Translations under genes and position numbers: made by a program | Shown here: positions 26,986 through 35,736 of the stretch, one piece after another | Position numbering within the stretch: the stretch's first letter is position 1 | How the letters are laid out: every line of letters begins with the position of its first letter | Source of the DNA: Cyclobacteriaceae bacterium | GTDB taxonomy: Bacteria; Bacteroidota; Bacteroidia; Cytophagales; Cyclobacteriaceae | Assembly (NCBI GenBank): GCA_041742535.1 | Contig: JBGSIM010000022.1 | Span: forward strand, 464 to 64,463 | Direction: 5' to 3' | DNA length: 64,000 bases | The notes under the pieces: generated by a model | The model's input: only the letters and a program-made list of their open reading frames with translations | What the model was told of the DNA's origin: nothing | The model's database searches: none

Positions 26986-27987
26986 ATGCAGGCATCTAAA
27001 CTTTTTGATAATCATGGTCGCCCGATCAATTACATGCGCCTTGCAGTAACGGATCGGTGTAACCTACGTTGTTTTTATTGCATGCCCGAAGAGGGAATAA
27101 AATACCTGCCCAAAAAAGAACTACTGACATTCGAAGAAATAGAACGCCTGATCACGCTGTTGGCCTCCATGGGCATCTCTAAAATAAGATTAACCGGAGG
27201 CGAGCCTTTTGTGAGGAATGATTTAATGAGCCTGATCAGAACCATCTCTGAAATTGAAGGAATCACCAACATCCATTTAACAACCAATGGTATTCTTACC
27301 GGTCCGCATATCAGTGAGTTAAAATCGCTAGGCATCGCTTCAGTAAATTTAAGTTTAGATACGCTGGATCGCGAACGATTTAAAATGATTACGCGAAGAG
27401 ACGAGTTTTCAAAAACATGGGAGACATTTGAGCAATTGATTATTCATGATATTCCGGTAAAGATCAATGCCGTGGTGATGGATGGAAAAAACATCGATGA
27501 CATCTTGCCGATGGTTGAGTTAACAAAAAAATATCCAGTGTCTGTTCGTTTCATTGAGGAGATGCCATTCAATGGCGAAGGCAATCATTATCCAACGTTA
27601 ACGTGGACGTATAAAAAAATAATGGATCATATTCGATCGGAATATCCAACCATTCAAAAAGAAGTTGATCCACTTTATTCCACTTCTTATAATTATAAAG
27701 TACCGGGGTACTCAGGAGTCATCGGGGTAATAGCTGCATTTAGCCGAACATTTTGTGGGACATGTAATCGTATTCGGGTTACAGCTCAGGGAACATTAAA
27801 AACATGTTTGTATGATGAAGGTGTGTTGAACATAAGAAACCTGATGCGCGCTGGAAATACTGATGCAGAAATAAAAAATGAGTTGATGAAAGCATTTAGT
27901 GAACGGCCGAAAGATGGATTTGAGGCCGAAGCAAAACGAATGAAAGGCTCTCCAGTGAAGGAATCAATGTCAACAATAGGTGGCTAG
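26986..27987 (+). CDS. moaA: GTP 3',8-cyclase MoaA (radical SAM)
   Basis: 333 aa. CNLRCFYCMP cluster, LTGGEPF, C-terminal CGTCNRIRVTAQG. Confidence 0.95.
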   Translation: MQASKLFDNHGRPINYMRLAVTDRCNLRCFYCMPEEGIKYLPKKELLTFEEIERLITLLASMGISKIRLTGGEPFVRNDLMSLIRTISEIEGITNIHLTTNGILTGPHISELKSLGIASVNLSLDTLDRERFKMITRRDEFSKTWETFEQLIIHDIPVKINAVVMDGKNIDDILPMVELTKKYPVSVRFIEEMPFNGEGNHYPTLTWTYKKIMDHIRSEYPTIQKEVDPLYSTSYNYKVPGYSGVIGVIAAFSRTFCGTCNRIRVTAQGTLKTCLYDEGVLNIRNLMRAGNTDAEIKNELMKAFSERPKDGFEAEAKRMKGSPVKESMSTIGG

Positions 27988-28010
27988 TTATTTAATTGAA
28001 GTATTAGGTT

Positions 28011-28535
28011 ATGAAACTTGCCTACATAAAATCATTTCTTTTACTAGTTGTGTTTTTTAGTTCTATCTCTGCGCTTGCGCAGAAGGATACACAGACAACA
28101 TCTTTTATGATTTCTGGTGATGATGTTTATTCCGTTACCATTACACTAAGCGATTTGGCTAAACTAAAGGAAATTCAGATAGGTAATGTTACAATTACGA
28201 ACCATTTAGGTGAGAAGAAGAGCGAACAAAAGGCGTTGAAAGGAGTTCTGCTAAAAGAGGTACTACAACTTGTTGAAATTAAAAGTGAAAACCCGAAAGT
28301 CTTAAGCGAGTATTACTTTGTTTGTAAAGCTGCTGATAACTATACAGTAGTTTATTCATGGAATGAAATCTTCAACTCACCAGCAGGCGATTCGGTATTC
28401 ATTGTCACCAGCAAAGGTGGAAAAGCCTTGAAGGAAATGGAAGAGTCCATTCTAATGATTTCGCCAAAAGATTTTAAAACCGGACGTAGGTTTGTAAAGT
28501 CATTAACATCCATTGAGGTTAAGCGAGCAAAATAG
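28011..28535 (+). CDS. Secreted protein resembling a short oxidoreductase molybdopterin-binding domain
   Basis: Signal peptide. LKGVLLKEVL.., FVCKAADNYTVVYSWNEI, ISPKDFKTGRRFVKSLTSIEV resembles the YedY/sulfite-oxidase-type Mo-domain pattern. By eye only. Confidence 0.45.
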   Translation: MKLAYIKSFLLLVVFFSSISALAQKDTQTTSFMISGDDVYSVTITLSDLAKLKEIQIGNVTITNHLGEKKSEQKALKGVLLKEVLQLVEIKSENPKVLSEYYFVCKAADNYTVVYSWNEIFNSPAGDSVFIVTSKGGKALKEMEESILMISPKDFKTGRRFVKSLTSIEVKRAK

Positions 28536-28536
28536 C

Positions 28537-29280
28537 ATGGAGGTTTATATTTTAATCGTTTCATTTTTTTTTGTAGCACTTGTCTATTCTTCGGTTGGGT
28601 TTGGTGGCGGATCAAGCTATCTGGCTTTAATGGCGCAACCATTTTTCGGATTACTACCAGAGACAATTCGTCCCACAGCATTGCTTTGTAACATTATAGT
28701 TGTGACAGGGGGAACGATTATTTATTATCGCGAAGGAAAAATATCTCTAAAAGAAATTTGGCCGTTCTTAATTGCCAGTGTGCCAATGGCTTTTGTAGGT
28801 GGGTATTGGAAACTAAAAGACGATACTTTTTTTGTATTGCTTGGATTTACACTACTGCTGGCTTCAGTTTTTTTATGGCTGAAACCCAAAACAGAAGAAC
28901 ACAGTAATTTAAAATCTATAACAGGTCCTGTGCTGTTAGGAGGCGGTATTGGTTTCTTGTCAGGGTTGGTAAGCATTGGCGGTGGAATTTTCTTAGCGCC
29001 CGTGCTGCATCTATTAAATTGGTTTGAAGCAAAACGAATTGCCGCGTTAGCCAGCGTATTTATTTTGGTGAACTCCATTGGCGGACTCATTGGGCAATTT
29101 GCTGCTGGACTCCAAAACTTCAAGTGGGAGTTTATTTTACCGCTTTTGGTAGCTGTATTAATCGGGGGTCAGATTGGATCGCGATTAAGCGCTAAAAAGT
29201 TTAATACAATTTATATCAGGCGTATAACCGCTATCCTTACTTTAGTCGCAGCCCTTAATATTTTAAAAGATCATTTATGA
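28537..29280 (+). CDS. TauE/SafE family sulfite/anion exporter
   Basis: Multi-pass membrane protein with VGFGGGSSYL and GGGIFLAPVL repeats. Start trimmed to MEVYIL, 1 nt after the upstream stop. Confidence 0.8.
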   Translation: MEVYILIVSFFFVALVYSSVGFGGGSSYLALMAQPFFGLLPETIRPTALLCNIIVVTGGTIIYYREGKISLKEIWPFLIASVPMAFVGGYWKLKDDTFFVLLGFTLLLASVFLWLKPKTEEHSNLKSITGPVLLGGGIGFLSGLVSIGGGIFLAPVLHLLNWFEAKRIAALASVFILVNSIGGLIGQFAAGLQNFKWEFILPLLVAVLIGGQIGSRLSAKKFNTIYIRRITAILTLVAALNILKDHL

Positions 29281-29807
29281 AAGTAACATTTTCAATTGTC
29301 CTGGTATGTGTTTCAATGAACGTGTTTGCTCAAAAACGCGTGAACCCGGTTGTTAAAAACTACGGTGGCATTTTTGAAATTCCCTATGCGGATGAAAAAC
29401 CAGATCCAAATCTTGAATATAACATCGTTATAGAAATTGAAAAGGCAAACGCTACACCTGATTCGGTAAACTGGGCGTTACATAATGTAGCCCGTTTGTT
29501 AAACTTACATGTTATGGGCGGAGTGCCGAAGAGTAAAATGAATGTTGTGCTAGCGATTCACGGTGGCGCTGCTTATACAGTAATGAATAAAAAGGCTTAC
29601 AAAGCAAAATATGGCGTTGATAATCCGAATCTTGGATTGTATGAGGAATTGGAGCAAGCCGGTGTTAAGATGTTTGTCTGCGGCCAGTCTCTTATCGCTC
29701 GAAATATTGATAGGTACAAGATGGTGCCTGAAGTAAGGATCGCAACTTCTATGTTAACCATACTCACCACATATCAATTGAAAGGGTATGCCGTTTTGAA
29801 GTTTTAA
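29277..29807 (+). CDS. Secreted DsrE/DsrF-like family protein
   Basis: Signal peptide. VVLAIHGGAAY and FVCGQSL motifs. 4-nt overlap with the TauE gene. Confidence 0.65.
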   Translation: MKVTFSIVLVCVSMNVFAQKRVNPVVKNYGGIFEIPYADEKPDPNLEYNIVIEIEKANATPDSVNWALHNVARLLNLHVMGGVPKSKMNVVLAIHGGAAYTVMNKKAYKAKYGVDNPNLGLYEELEQAGVKMFVCGQSLIARNIDRYKMVPEVRIATSMLTILTTYQLKGYAVLKF

Positions 29808-29812
29808 GATCA

Positions 29813-29940
29813 AACATAGAGGAGGCACATAGTTTATATTGGGTCGCTCGTAACTTATTAAAGTTTACGTTTCTATAAATCTTTGATTTTTTTAGAGCAT
29901 CGTTTTAATTATGTTTTTTCTCTATGTGCCTATGTGTTTA
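29813..29940. repeat. Inverted repeat arms (AGGCACATAG / CTATGTGCCT, each with a second ACATAG / CTATGT copy) bracketing about 90 bp
   Basis: Perfect 10-bp arms at 29824-29833 and 29923-29932. Outer AAACA / TGTTT pairing at 29813-29817 and 29936-29940. Confidence 0.5.
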
Positions 29941-30001
29941 AAGTAGGTTTATGCGGTTAAAAAATTAACTGTTATTTTGCGTGTCCGTTTAAACGCCACC
30001 G

Positions 30002-32431
30002 ATGAAAAAAATAAAGTTTTCTGATATTCTTCCGCATTTGGTTGCAGTAGTTGTCTTCTTATTAGTAACTGTCTTTTTCTTCAATCCTATCTTCTTCGAT
30101 AACAAGGCAATTGAGCAAAGTGATATTCAACAGTGGAGCGGCTCATCGAAGGAGCTGCGTGACTATCGGGATCAAACCGGGGAGGAAGGTCTCTGGGCAA
30201 ATGCAATGTTTTCGGGTATGCCGGCTTATCTTGTTAATTTAAGCTGGAGCGATGGTGTTGTGATTGGAATGAAAAAAGTACTCTCTGTATTTCTACCACA
30301 TCCCATCTCTAATATTTTTCTGGCCTTTATTTGTTATTACATCCTCTTACTTTCTTTTAAAATCCGACCGTGGTTCGCCATTGCAGGAGCACTCGCCTTT
30401 GGTCTTTCATCGTATATGATCATTGGCTTATCAGCTGGACATAATGCGCGCATTGGTGCCATTGCATTTATGCCGCTGGTGTTTGCAGGTATCCATCTTG
30501 CCTTTTCGGGAAAAAGAATTTTGGGTTTTGCTACCACCGCTGTTGGGTTGGCACTTCACTTACGCGAGAATCATTTGCAAATCACGTATTACCTGGTGTT
30601 GATTGTTCTTGTTTATGGATTCATTCATCTCATTCTTGCGTTTCGTGCTAAGCGAGTGCCTGACTTTTTAAAAACAATTTTGATTTTAATCCCTGCAGTT
30701 ATAATTGCAGTAGGTACTTTCTTTGGGCAGTTTTGGGCAATCACTGAATACACTAAATATTCTATTCGTGGTGCTTCTGAAATTGCAACCACTAAAAGTG
30801 GGGAAGATGCAAGTGGTTTATCAAAGTCGTATGCCTTTCAATACAAGTATGGAGCTTGGGAAGCAATGACATTGTTCCTTCCAAATTTTTATGGCGGCAG
30901 TAGTATGGATTTGCTGGCAGCAGATCAGGAAAGCAATACTTATAAATCACTTAGTCAGGCGGGGGACAATGAAACGGCAAATCAATTAGCCAATTATGCG
31001 CGCGCCTATTGGGGGCCTCAAGATTTTACTGTAGGGCCATATTATGCAGGAGCGTTGGTTGTTTTCTTATTTATTATCGGGATTGTGTTTGCTGAGAAAA
31101 AATACGTTTGGTGGTTGGTTCCCTTAAGCGCACTCAGCTTGATGTTAAGCATGGGTGATAGCTTCTCAACCTTCAATTATTTCATGTTTGATTATTTTCC
31201 GGGTTACAATAAATTTCGCTCCGTCAATTTTGCGTTGGTGATTATTCTATTTTCTATGCCCTTGTTAGGGATGTTGGGCTTGGAAAAATTAGTTGGTCTG
31301 GGTTGGGATAAAGAGACCAGAAGTAAACTGATGTGGCCAGTCTTTATTACGATGGGTCTCTGCTTGTTTTTTATCTCAGTAGGAAGTTTTGGAAACTTCC
31401 TAAAAGCAGAAGAAGTTCAACTACCTGTTTGGTTACGACAAGCCATGCAAAAAGATCGTGTAGCCTTGTTGCGTGCAGATGCCTGGCGTGCGCTTTGGAT
31501 GATTTTGATTTTTAGCGGAGCAATTTTCGCTTTGCTTAAAAACTATCTGAAACCTGCAATAATTTATTCAGTGTTGATTGTGTTAATGTGGGCTGATCTG
31601 GCTTTGGTTGATAGGAGATATTTCTCAAAGGAAAATTATAAACCCAAACGCAATAATTCATTTGCAATTGCAACCAGTGCGGATGAAAAAATTTTAAAGG
31701 ATAAGAGTTACTATCGTGTGTATAATTTGCAAAGTCCGTTTACAGAAGCTCGCACTTCTTATTTTCATAATTCGTTAGGGGGCTATCATGGCGCTAAGCT
31801 GAGACGCTATCAGGATTTGTATGATTCAATACTTTCGAAAGAGACTGAACAAATTTATGAGGATGCCCGACAGGGTTCAATGCAATTTGAGAAGTATAAC
31901 GCTTTAAATATGCTTAACGCGAAATATTTTGTTTATGGTACGGATGTGTTCCCTAATCCCGAAGCGTATGGTGCTGCATGGTTTGTAAAGGAAGTTGTGA
32001 AAGTGAATTCACCAGCCGAGGAGCTTGCTAAGACGAGAATAGTGAATACGCGTGAAGTAGCGGTGATCTATCAGTCAACAGTCGACAGTCGACAGTCGAC
32101 TGATAGTACTGCCAGAATAGCTCTTATAGAACATAAACCACCGTATTTGAAGTATGAATCAGAATCAGCTAGCAATGGGGTAGTGGTGTTTTCGGAAATT
32201 TATTATCCAAAAGGATGGCATGCATTTATTGATGGAAAAGAAGTTCCAATTCTTCGTGCAGATTATGTTCTTCGTGCACTTGAAGTACCTGCAGGAAAAC
32301 ACACCATAGAATTCAAATTTGAACCGAAGCCTTATGTAGTCGGCAACAAAATAACCATGGCTTCAGGCTGGGTTTTGTTGTTAGTAGTGCTTGGATGCTT
32401 TGGATGGAGTTTGAAGGAAGAGAAGGACTAA
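30002..32431 (+). CDS. YfhO family membrane protein (putative glycosyltransferase-like)
   Basis: 809 aa. N-terminal multi-pass region, C-terminal soluble region and a final TM. MKKIKFSDILPHLVAVVVF.. N-terminus typical of the family. Confidence 0.75.
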   Translation: MKKIKFSDILPHLVAVVVFLLVTVFFFNPIFFDNKAIEQSDIQQWSGSSKELRDYRDQTGEEGLWANAMFSGMPAYLVNLSWSDGVVIGMKKVLSVFLPHPISNIFLAFICYYILLLSFKIRPWFAIAGALAFGLSSYMIIGLSAGHNARIGAIAFMPLVFAGIHLAFSGKRILGFATTAVGLALHLRENHLQITYYLVLIVLVYGFIHLILAFRAKRVPDFLKTILILIPAVIIAVGTFFGQFWAITEYTKYSIRGASEIATTKSGEDASGLSKSYAFQYKYGAWEAMTLFLPNFYGGSSMDLLAADQESNTYKSLSQAGDNETANQLANYARAYWGPQDFTVGPYYAGALVVFLFIIGIVFAEKKYVWWLVPLSALSLMLSMGDSFSTFNYFMFDYFPGYNKFRSVNFALVIILFSMPLLGMLGLEKLVGLGWDKETRSKLMWPVFITMGLCLFFISVGSFGNFLKAEEVQLPVWLRQAMQKDRVALLRADAWRALWMILIFSGAIFALLKNYLKPAIIYSVLIVLMWADLALVDRRYFSKENYKPKRNNSFAIATSADEKILKDKSYYRVYNLQSPFTEARTSYFHNSLGGYHGAKLRRYQDLYDSILSKETEQIYEDARQGSMQFEKYNALNMLNAKYFVYGTDVFPNPEAYGAAWFVKEVVKVNSPAEELAKTRIVNTREVAVIYQSTVDSRQSTDSTARIALIEHKPPYLKYESESASNGVVVFSEIYYPKGWHAFIDGKEVPILRADYVLRALEVPAGKHTIEFKFEPKPYVVGNKITMASGWVLLLVVLGCFGWSLKEEKD
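32072..32100 (+). repeat. Heptanucleotide tandem repeat CAGTCAA (CAGTCGA)x3 C inside the YfhO-family CDS
   Basis: Read directly. Encodes QSTVDSRQST. The unit is not a multiple of 3. Contains three SalI-type GTCGAC palindromes. Confidence 0.8.
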
Positions 32432-32976
32432 AAAATATCCTTCAATTCAAATTGCAGTTTGTTTTCTAAGGGTGAAATTACTAAACCTTCTTCTGAAAGG
32501 AAGAATACAGGAACTTCACCACCACCTTCTGGAGAATAAATCTCAATGGATTTGTTTCCGGGATCCACTATCCAGTATTCGTTAATACCAAATTTTAGAT
32601 AGCTGCTCTTCTTTTGATTCCTATCGGTATAACTATTAGAGGGTGAAATAATTTCAACCACAATTTCGATTGGTCCTTCAATGCCTCGATTTGTTATGAC
32701 CGATTTATTCTTATTGGATACATAAGCTAAATCTGGTTGAAAGACATTTTTATTGTCTATATAAAGATCAATAGGTGCAAAAAAAACCTCACCAGGTAAA
32801 TTAACTGAATCAAATATTTTAAATAGTTCTCTAAGAACTCGCTGATGGTTGGGGTGTGGTGCAGGACTCATAATTAATTCTCCGTTAATTAATTGGCATG
32901 GCGTTTTAATCTCTCCCAACAGAAGATAGTCGTCTACAGTCCATTCCTTCGTATTATCAATGGTGAGTGTTCTCAT
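32428..32976 (-). CDS. Uma2 family (DUF820) PD-(D/E)xK endonuclease
   Basis: 182 aa. FQPDLAYVS, IEIVVEIISPSN, DRNQKKSSYLKFGINEYWIVDP. Confidence 0.8.
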   Translation of the reverse strand: MRTLTIDNTKEWTVDDYLLLGEIKTPCQLINGELIMSPAPHPNHQRVLRELFKIFDSVNLPGEVFFAPIDLYIDNKNVFQPDLAYVSNKNKSVITNRGIEGPIEIVVEIISPSNSYTDRNQKKSSYLKFGINEYWIVDPGNKSIEIYSPEGGGEVPVFFLSEEGLVISPLENKLQFELKDIF

Positions 32977-33060
32977 TAGCTAAATAATATATAAAGATAA
33001 TGAATCTGGTGGACAGACGCCAATTGGCAAAATAGTCCTTTTAAAATCGTACCCGATTAG

Positions 33061-35535
33061 CTATTCATCCTTCAACACATCCACGGGGTTTGTGAGGGCA
33101 GCTTTTACAGAGTGGTAGCTTGTTATTAAGATCGCTGTTAACAACGTACCTAAACCAGTAAAAACAAAAATCCAAACGGAAGGCGTGATCTTGTAAGAGA
33201 AATCACCCAACCATTGTTGCATCATCCAGTAAGCCAATGGGGCAGCAATTACAAAGGCAATTACTATTAGTTGAGTATATCCTCTCGATATCAATTTCAA
33301 AATATCAAACACAGAAGCTCCTGAAACTTTTCGAATGCCGATTTCTTTTGTGCGTTGTTCCAACGCGTAAACAATCATCCCCAACAATCCTAAACCAGCA
33401 ATTAAAATTGCTAGTGATGCCATCACGGTTAGCACACTTCCAAATTGCTGTTGTGATTTAAAGGTTTCGGCAAAAGCCTGATCAACAAATTCGTATTGAA
33501 AGGGATAATCACCAGCATGGGTTTTCCAAAGCGTAGCTAATTCCTGAATAGTAGATTCCCAGTCTGCTGCATTTTGCGCACCAATGCGTAATGCAATGAA
33601 TTGATTTTCTCCCAATCCGTATAAGTTTTTACTCTTTATATGAAAGATTGCCATCGGTTCAATTGGGTTTTCGAGCGACCAATAATTAAAGTCGTCCACC
33701 ACGCCAATTACCTCGAACCGAATTTCTCCACCTGGTGATTCAATAAATTTTCCAATTGCAGATTCATTCACGTCCCAACCGATTCTTCGCACTGCTGCCT
33801 CATTGAGTATCACACGTTCTTCATCACCTGCCATGTCCTTCGAAAAATTTCTTCCCAGTTTCATTCCAATATCCAGTGTTGGAATAAAATACTCATCGGC
33901 AGAAGTATAGTTGAGAGGAAAAGTTTCTTTGTTCATGCCCTCAGCACTAAACTTATCACCACCATATACTTTTGGTGGCAATGAGGTACACAACGAAGCT
34001 CCTAATACTCCCTTAGAATTAAGGGAGGCGTTTAACAAGGTCTCCCCATTCTTTACACTTTGCACATCTTTTATCACCAAAAGGTTTTCTTTATTGAAAC
34101 CCAAATCTTTACTCGATACATAATTGAGTTGCTGATATACGACCGCAGTGCAAATGATCAGCACAATAGAAACACAGAATTGAAAGACAACTAATCCATT
34201 TCGTAAAGTCTTGCCTTCCCCACCTGTCTTCAATTTTCCTTTCACCCCTTGCACAGGATTGAATCCGCTAAGGAAGAAAGCAGGATAGCTGCATGATACA
34301 ATAGCCATAACCAGGATGAGGGCTACTGATATAAGAATTAGTTTGGGCTCAGAAAATAAATTAAACTCAAGGGCTCTGCCAGTAATGAGATTAAAACCGG
34401 GTAACAAAAATTGAGTAACGCATAACGCAAGCACCAAGGCAATCAAACAAAAGGCGAACGCTTCTAAAAAGTAATTAAGACTCAATTGCTTTTTACCAAG
34501 TCCTAATATTTTACGAATGCTTGCTTCCTTAATTCGCTTGGTAAACTGCGCAGTAGATAAATTCATGAAGTTTACGCACGATAACAGAATAATAAAAAAT
34601 GCAGCACCCATTAAAGCATAAACAATCTTTTTATTGCCGGATTCATTCAACCTGTTATAAACAATACCCTCGGGAAGGTGAATGGCAGTTAAGGGTTGAA
34701 GAAATAATTCCCATTTCTTTCCTGACTTTATGTATTCTTCATACGAAACATTCATTACGCGTTGCAGCGTTTCTTCCGCATATTTTTTTGGAATGAGTGC
34801 TAACTTGGTGCGTGTATTTTCGATGTCCGTACCTTCTTTTACTTTGATATAAGTTTCTAGTTGTGTCCAGATCCAGCTCCAGTATAGTCTTTTAATCTGC
34901 GGAAAGCTGTTCATAGAAAGAAGTGCATCAAATTCGATGTAGGAATTTTCTGGCATGTCAGATGCTATGCCAGTAACTTCATACGTCTGTTGGTTTTCAG
35001 CTTTGCCCAATCGAACAAGTTTACCAAGTGCATTATCTGCTCCGAAATATTTCTTAGCCGTTGATTCTGTTAGCACGATGCTGTTGGCTTGCCGAAGCGC
35101 AGTTAATGGATTTCCGGCAATCAAAGGAAAATTGAACATCTTGAAAAAGCTCGAATCACCAGCGAGTACTTTATCTTCTTCAAAATAAACGAGTTCACCT
35201 TTTGGATTGGCATAGGTGATAACAAAGTTGCCTGGGGTATAGATGCTGGTTTGTAATTCAACTTCGGGTAATTCTTCGTGCAATGCCGTTGCAACACCCG
35301 GTCCGGTAGAAGAAAATTGATTATTATCACTCTCACCCCAAATAAAAGTTTGATTCACGCGATAGATTCGATCCGAATCTGTATGGAACCGATCGTAACT
35401 AAATTCGTGAGTTACATACAGGTAGATCAACAGCGTACTGGCCATGCTTACCGTAAGCCCAAGCAGGTTGATGGTAGAAAATAATTTTTGCCGTGTCAGG
35501 TTCCGAACGAATAATACCAGATAGTTTTTCCACAT
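33061..35535 (-). CDS. ABC transporter permease, FtsX/MacB-like (duplicated)
   Basis: 824 aa. MWKNYLVLFVRNLTRQKLFSTINLLGL N-terminus. Two FtsX 4-TM modules (..EIGIRKVSGAS..). Confidence 0.85.
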   Translation of the reverse strand: MWKNYLVLFVRNLTRQKLFSTINLLGLTVSMASTLLIYLYVTHEFSYDRFHTDSDRIYRVNQTFIWGESDNNQFSSTGPGVATALHEELPEVELQTSIYTPGNFVITYANPKGELVYFEEDKVLAGDSSFFKMFNFPLIAGNPLTALRQANSIVLTESTAKKYFGADNALGKLVRLGKAENQQTYEVTGIASDMPENSYIEFDALLSMNSFPQIKRLYWSWIWTQLETYIKVKEGTDIENTRTKLALIPKKYAEETLQRVMNVSYEEYIKSGKKWELFLQPLTAIHLPEGIVYNRLNESGNKKIVYALMGAAFFIILLSCVNFMNLSTAQFTKRIKEASIRKILGLGKKQLSLNYFLEAFAFCLIALVLALCVTQFLLPGFNLITGRALEFNLFSEPKLILISVALILVMAIVSCSYPAFFLSGFNPVQGVKGKLKTGGEGKTLRNGLVVFQFCVSIVLIICTAVVYQQLNYVSSKDLGFNKENLLVIKDVQSVKNGETLLNASLNSKGVLGASLCTSLPPKVYGGDKFSAEGMNKETFPLNYTSADEYFIPTLDIGMKLGRNFSKDMAGDEERVILNEAAVRRIGWDVNESAIGKFIESPGGEIRFEVIGVVDDFNYWSLENPIEPMAIFHIKSKNLYGLGENQFIALRIGAQNAADWESTIQELATLWKTHAGDYPFQYEFVDQAFAETFKSQQQFGSVLTVMASLAILIAGLGLLGMIVYALEQRTKEIGIRKVSGASVFDILKLISRGYTQLIVIAFVIAAPLAYWMMQQWLGDFSYKITPSVWIFVFTGLGTLLTAILITSYHSVKAALTNPVDVLKDE

Positions 35536-35736
35536 AACGCTGTAATTTGATTTGTCTTAAAGTCAAAGGCTGTACCAATACCAATAACTGCGATTCAAGG
35601 CTGGTTTGGATAGCTAACATTTTACCGGATGTCCAGTTGCGAGTAACAACGTCCGATAGCGGTCAGTAATTTGACTTTTAAATGCAGTTTTTGATACGCA
35701 TCCAATACATTACTTTTAAGTTTCTAATGTTTTGTA

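Noticed and set aside
28564-28572. T9 homopolymer near the 5' end of the TauE gene, and an A8 run at about 57877-57884 in the AraC gene, as slippage-prone phase-variation tracts
   Set aside because: They encode FFF and KK in ordinary context. Such tracts are common in AT-rich genomes and there is no evidence of variability.
32074-32089. 16-nt identity GTCAACAGTCGACAGT between the YfhO-family repeat and the rim-operon hairpin (6882-6897), as evidence of a dispersed REP-like element
   Set aside because: In a 64-kb window, about one chance 16-mer match over both strands is expected. Two copies are insufficient evidence. It is kept only as a note within the separate findings.
35399-35620. 73-aa minus-strand ORF spanning the FtsX permease start
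   Set aside because: It is out of frame with the permease and overlaps it, and it extends into the promoter region. The permease N-terminus (MWKNYLVLFVRNL..) is canonical.
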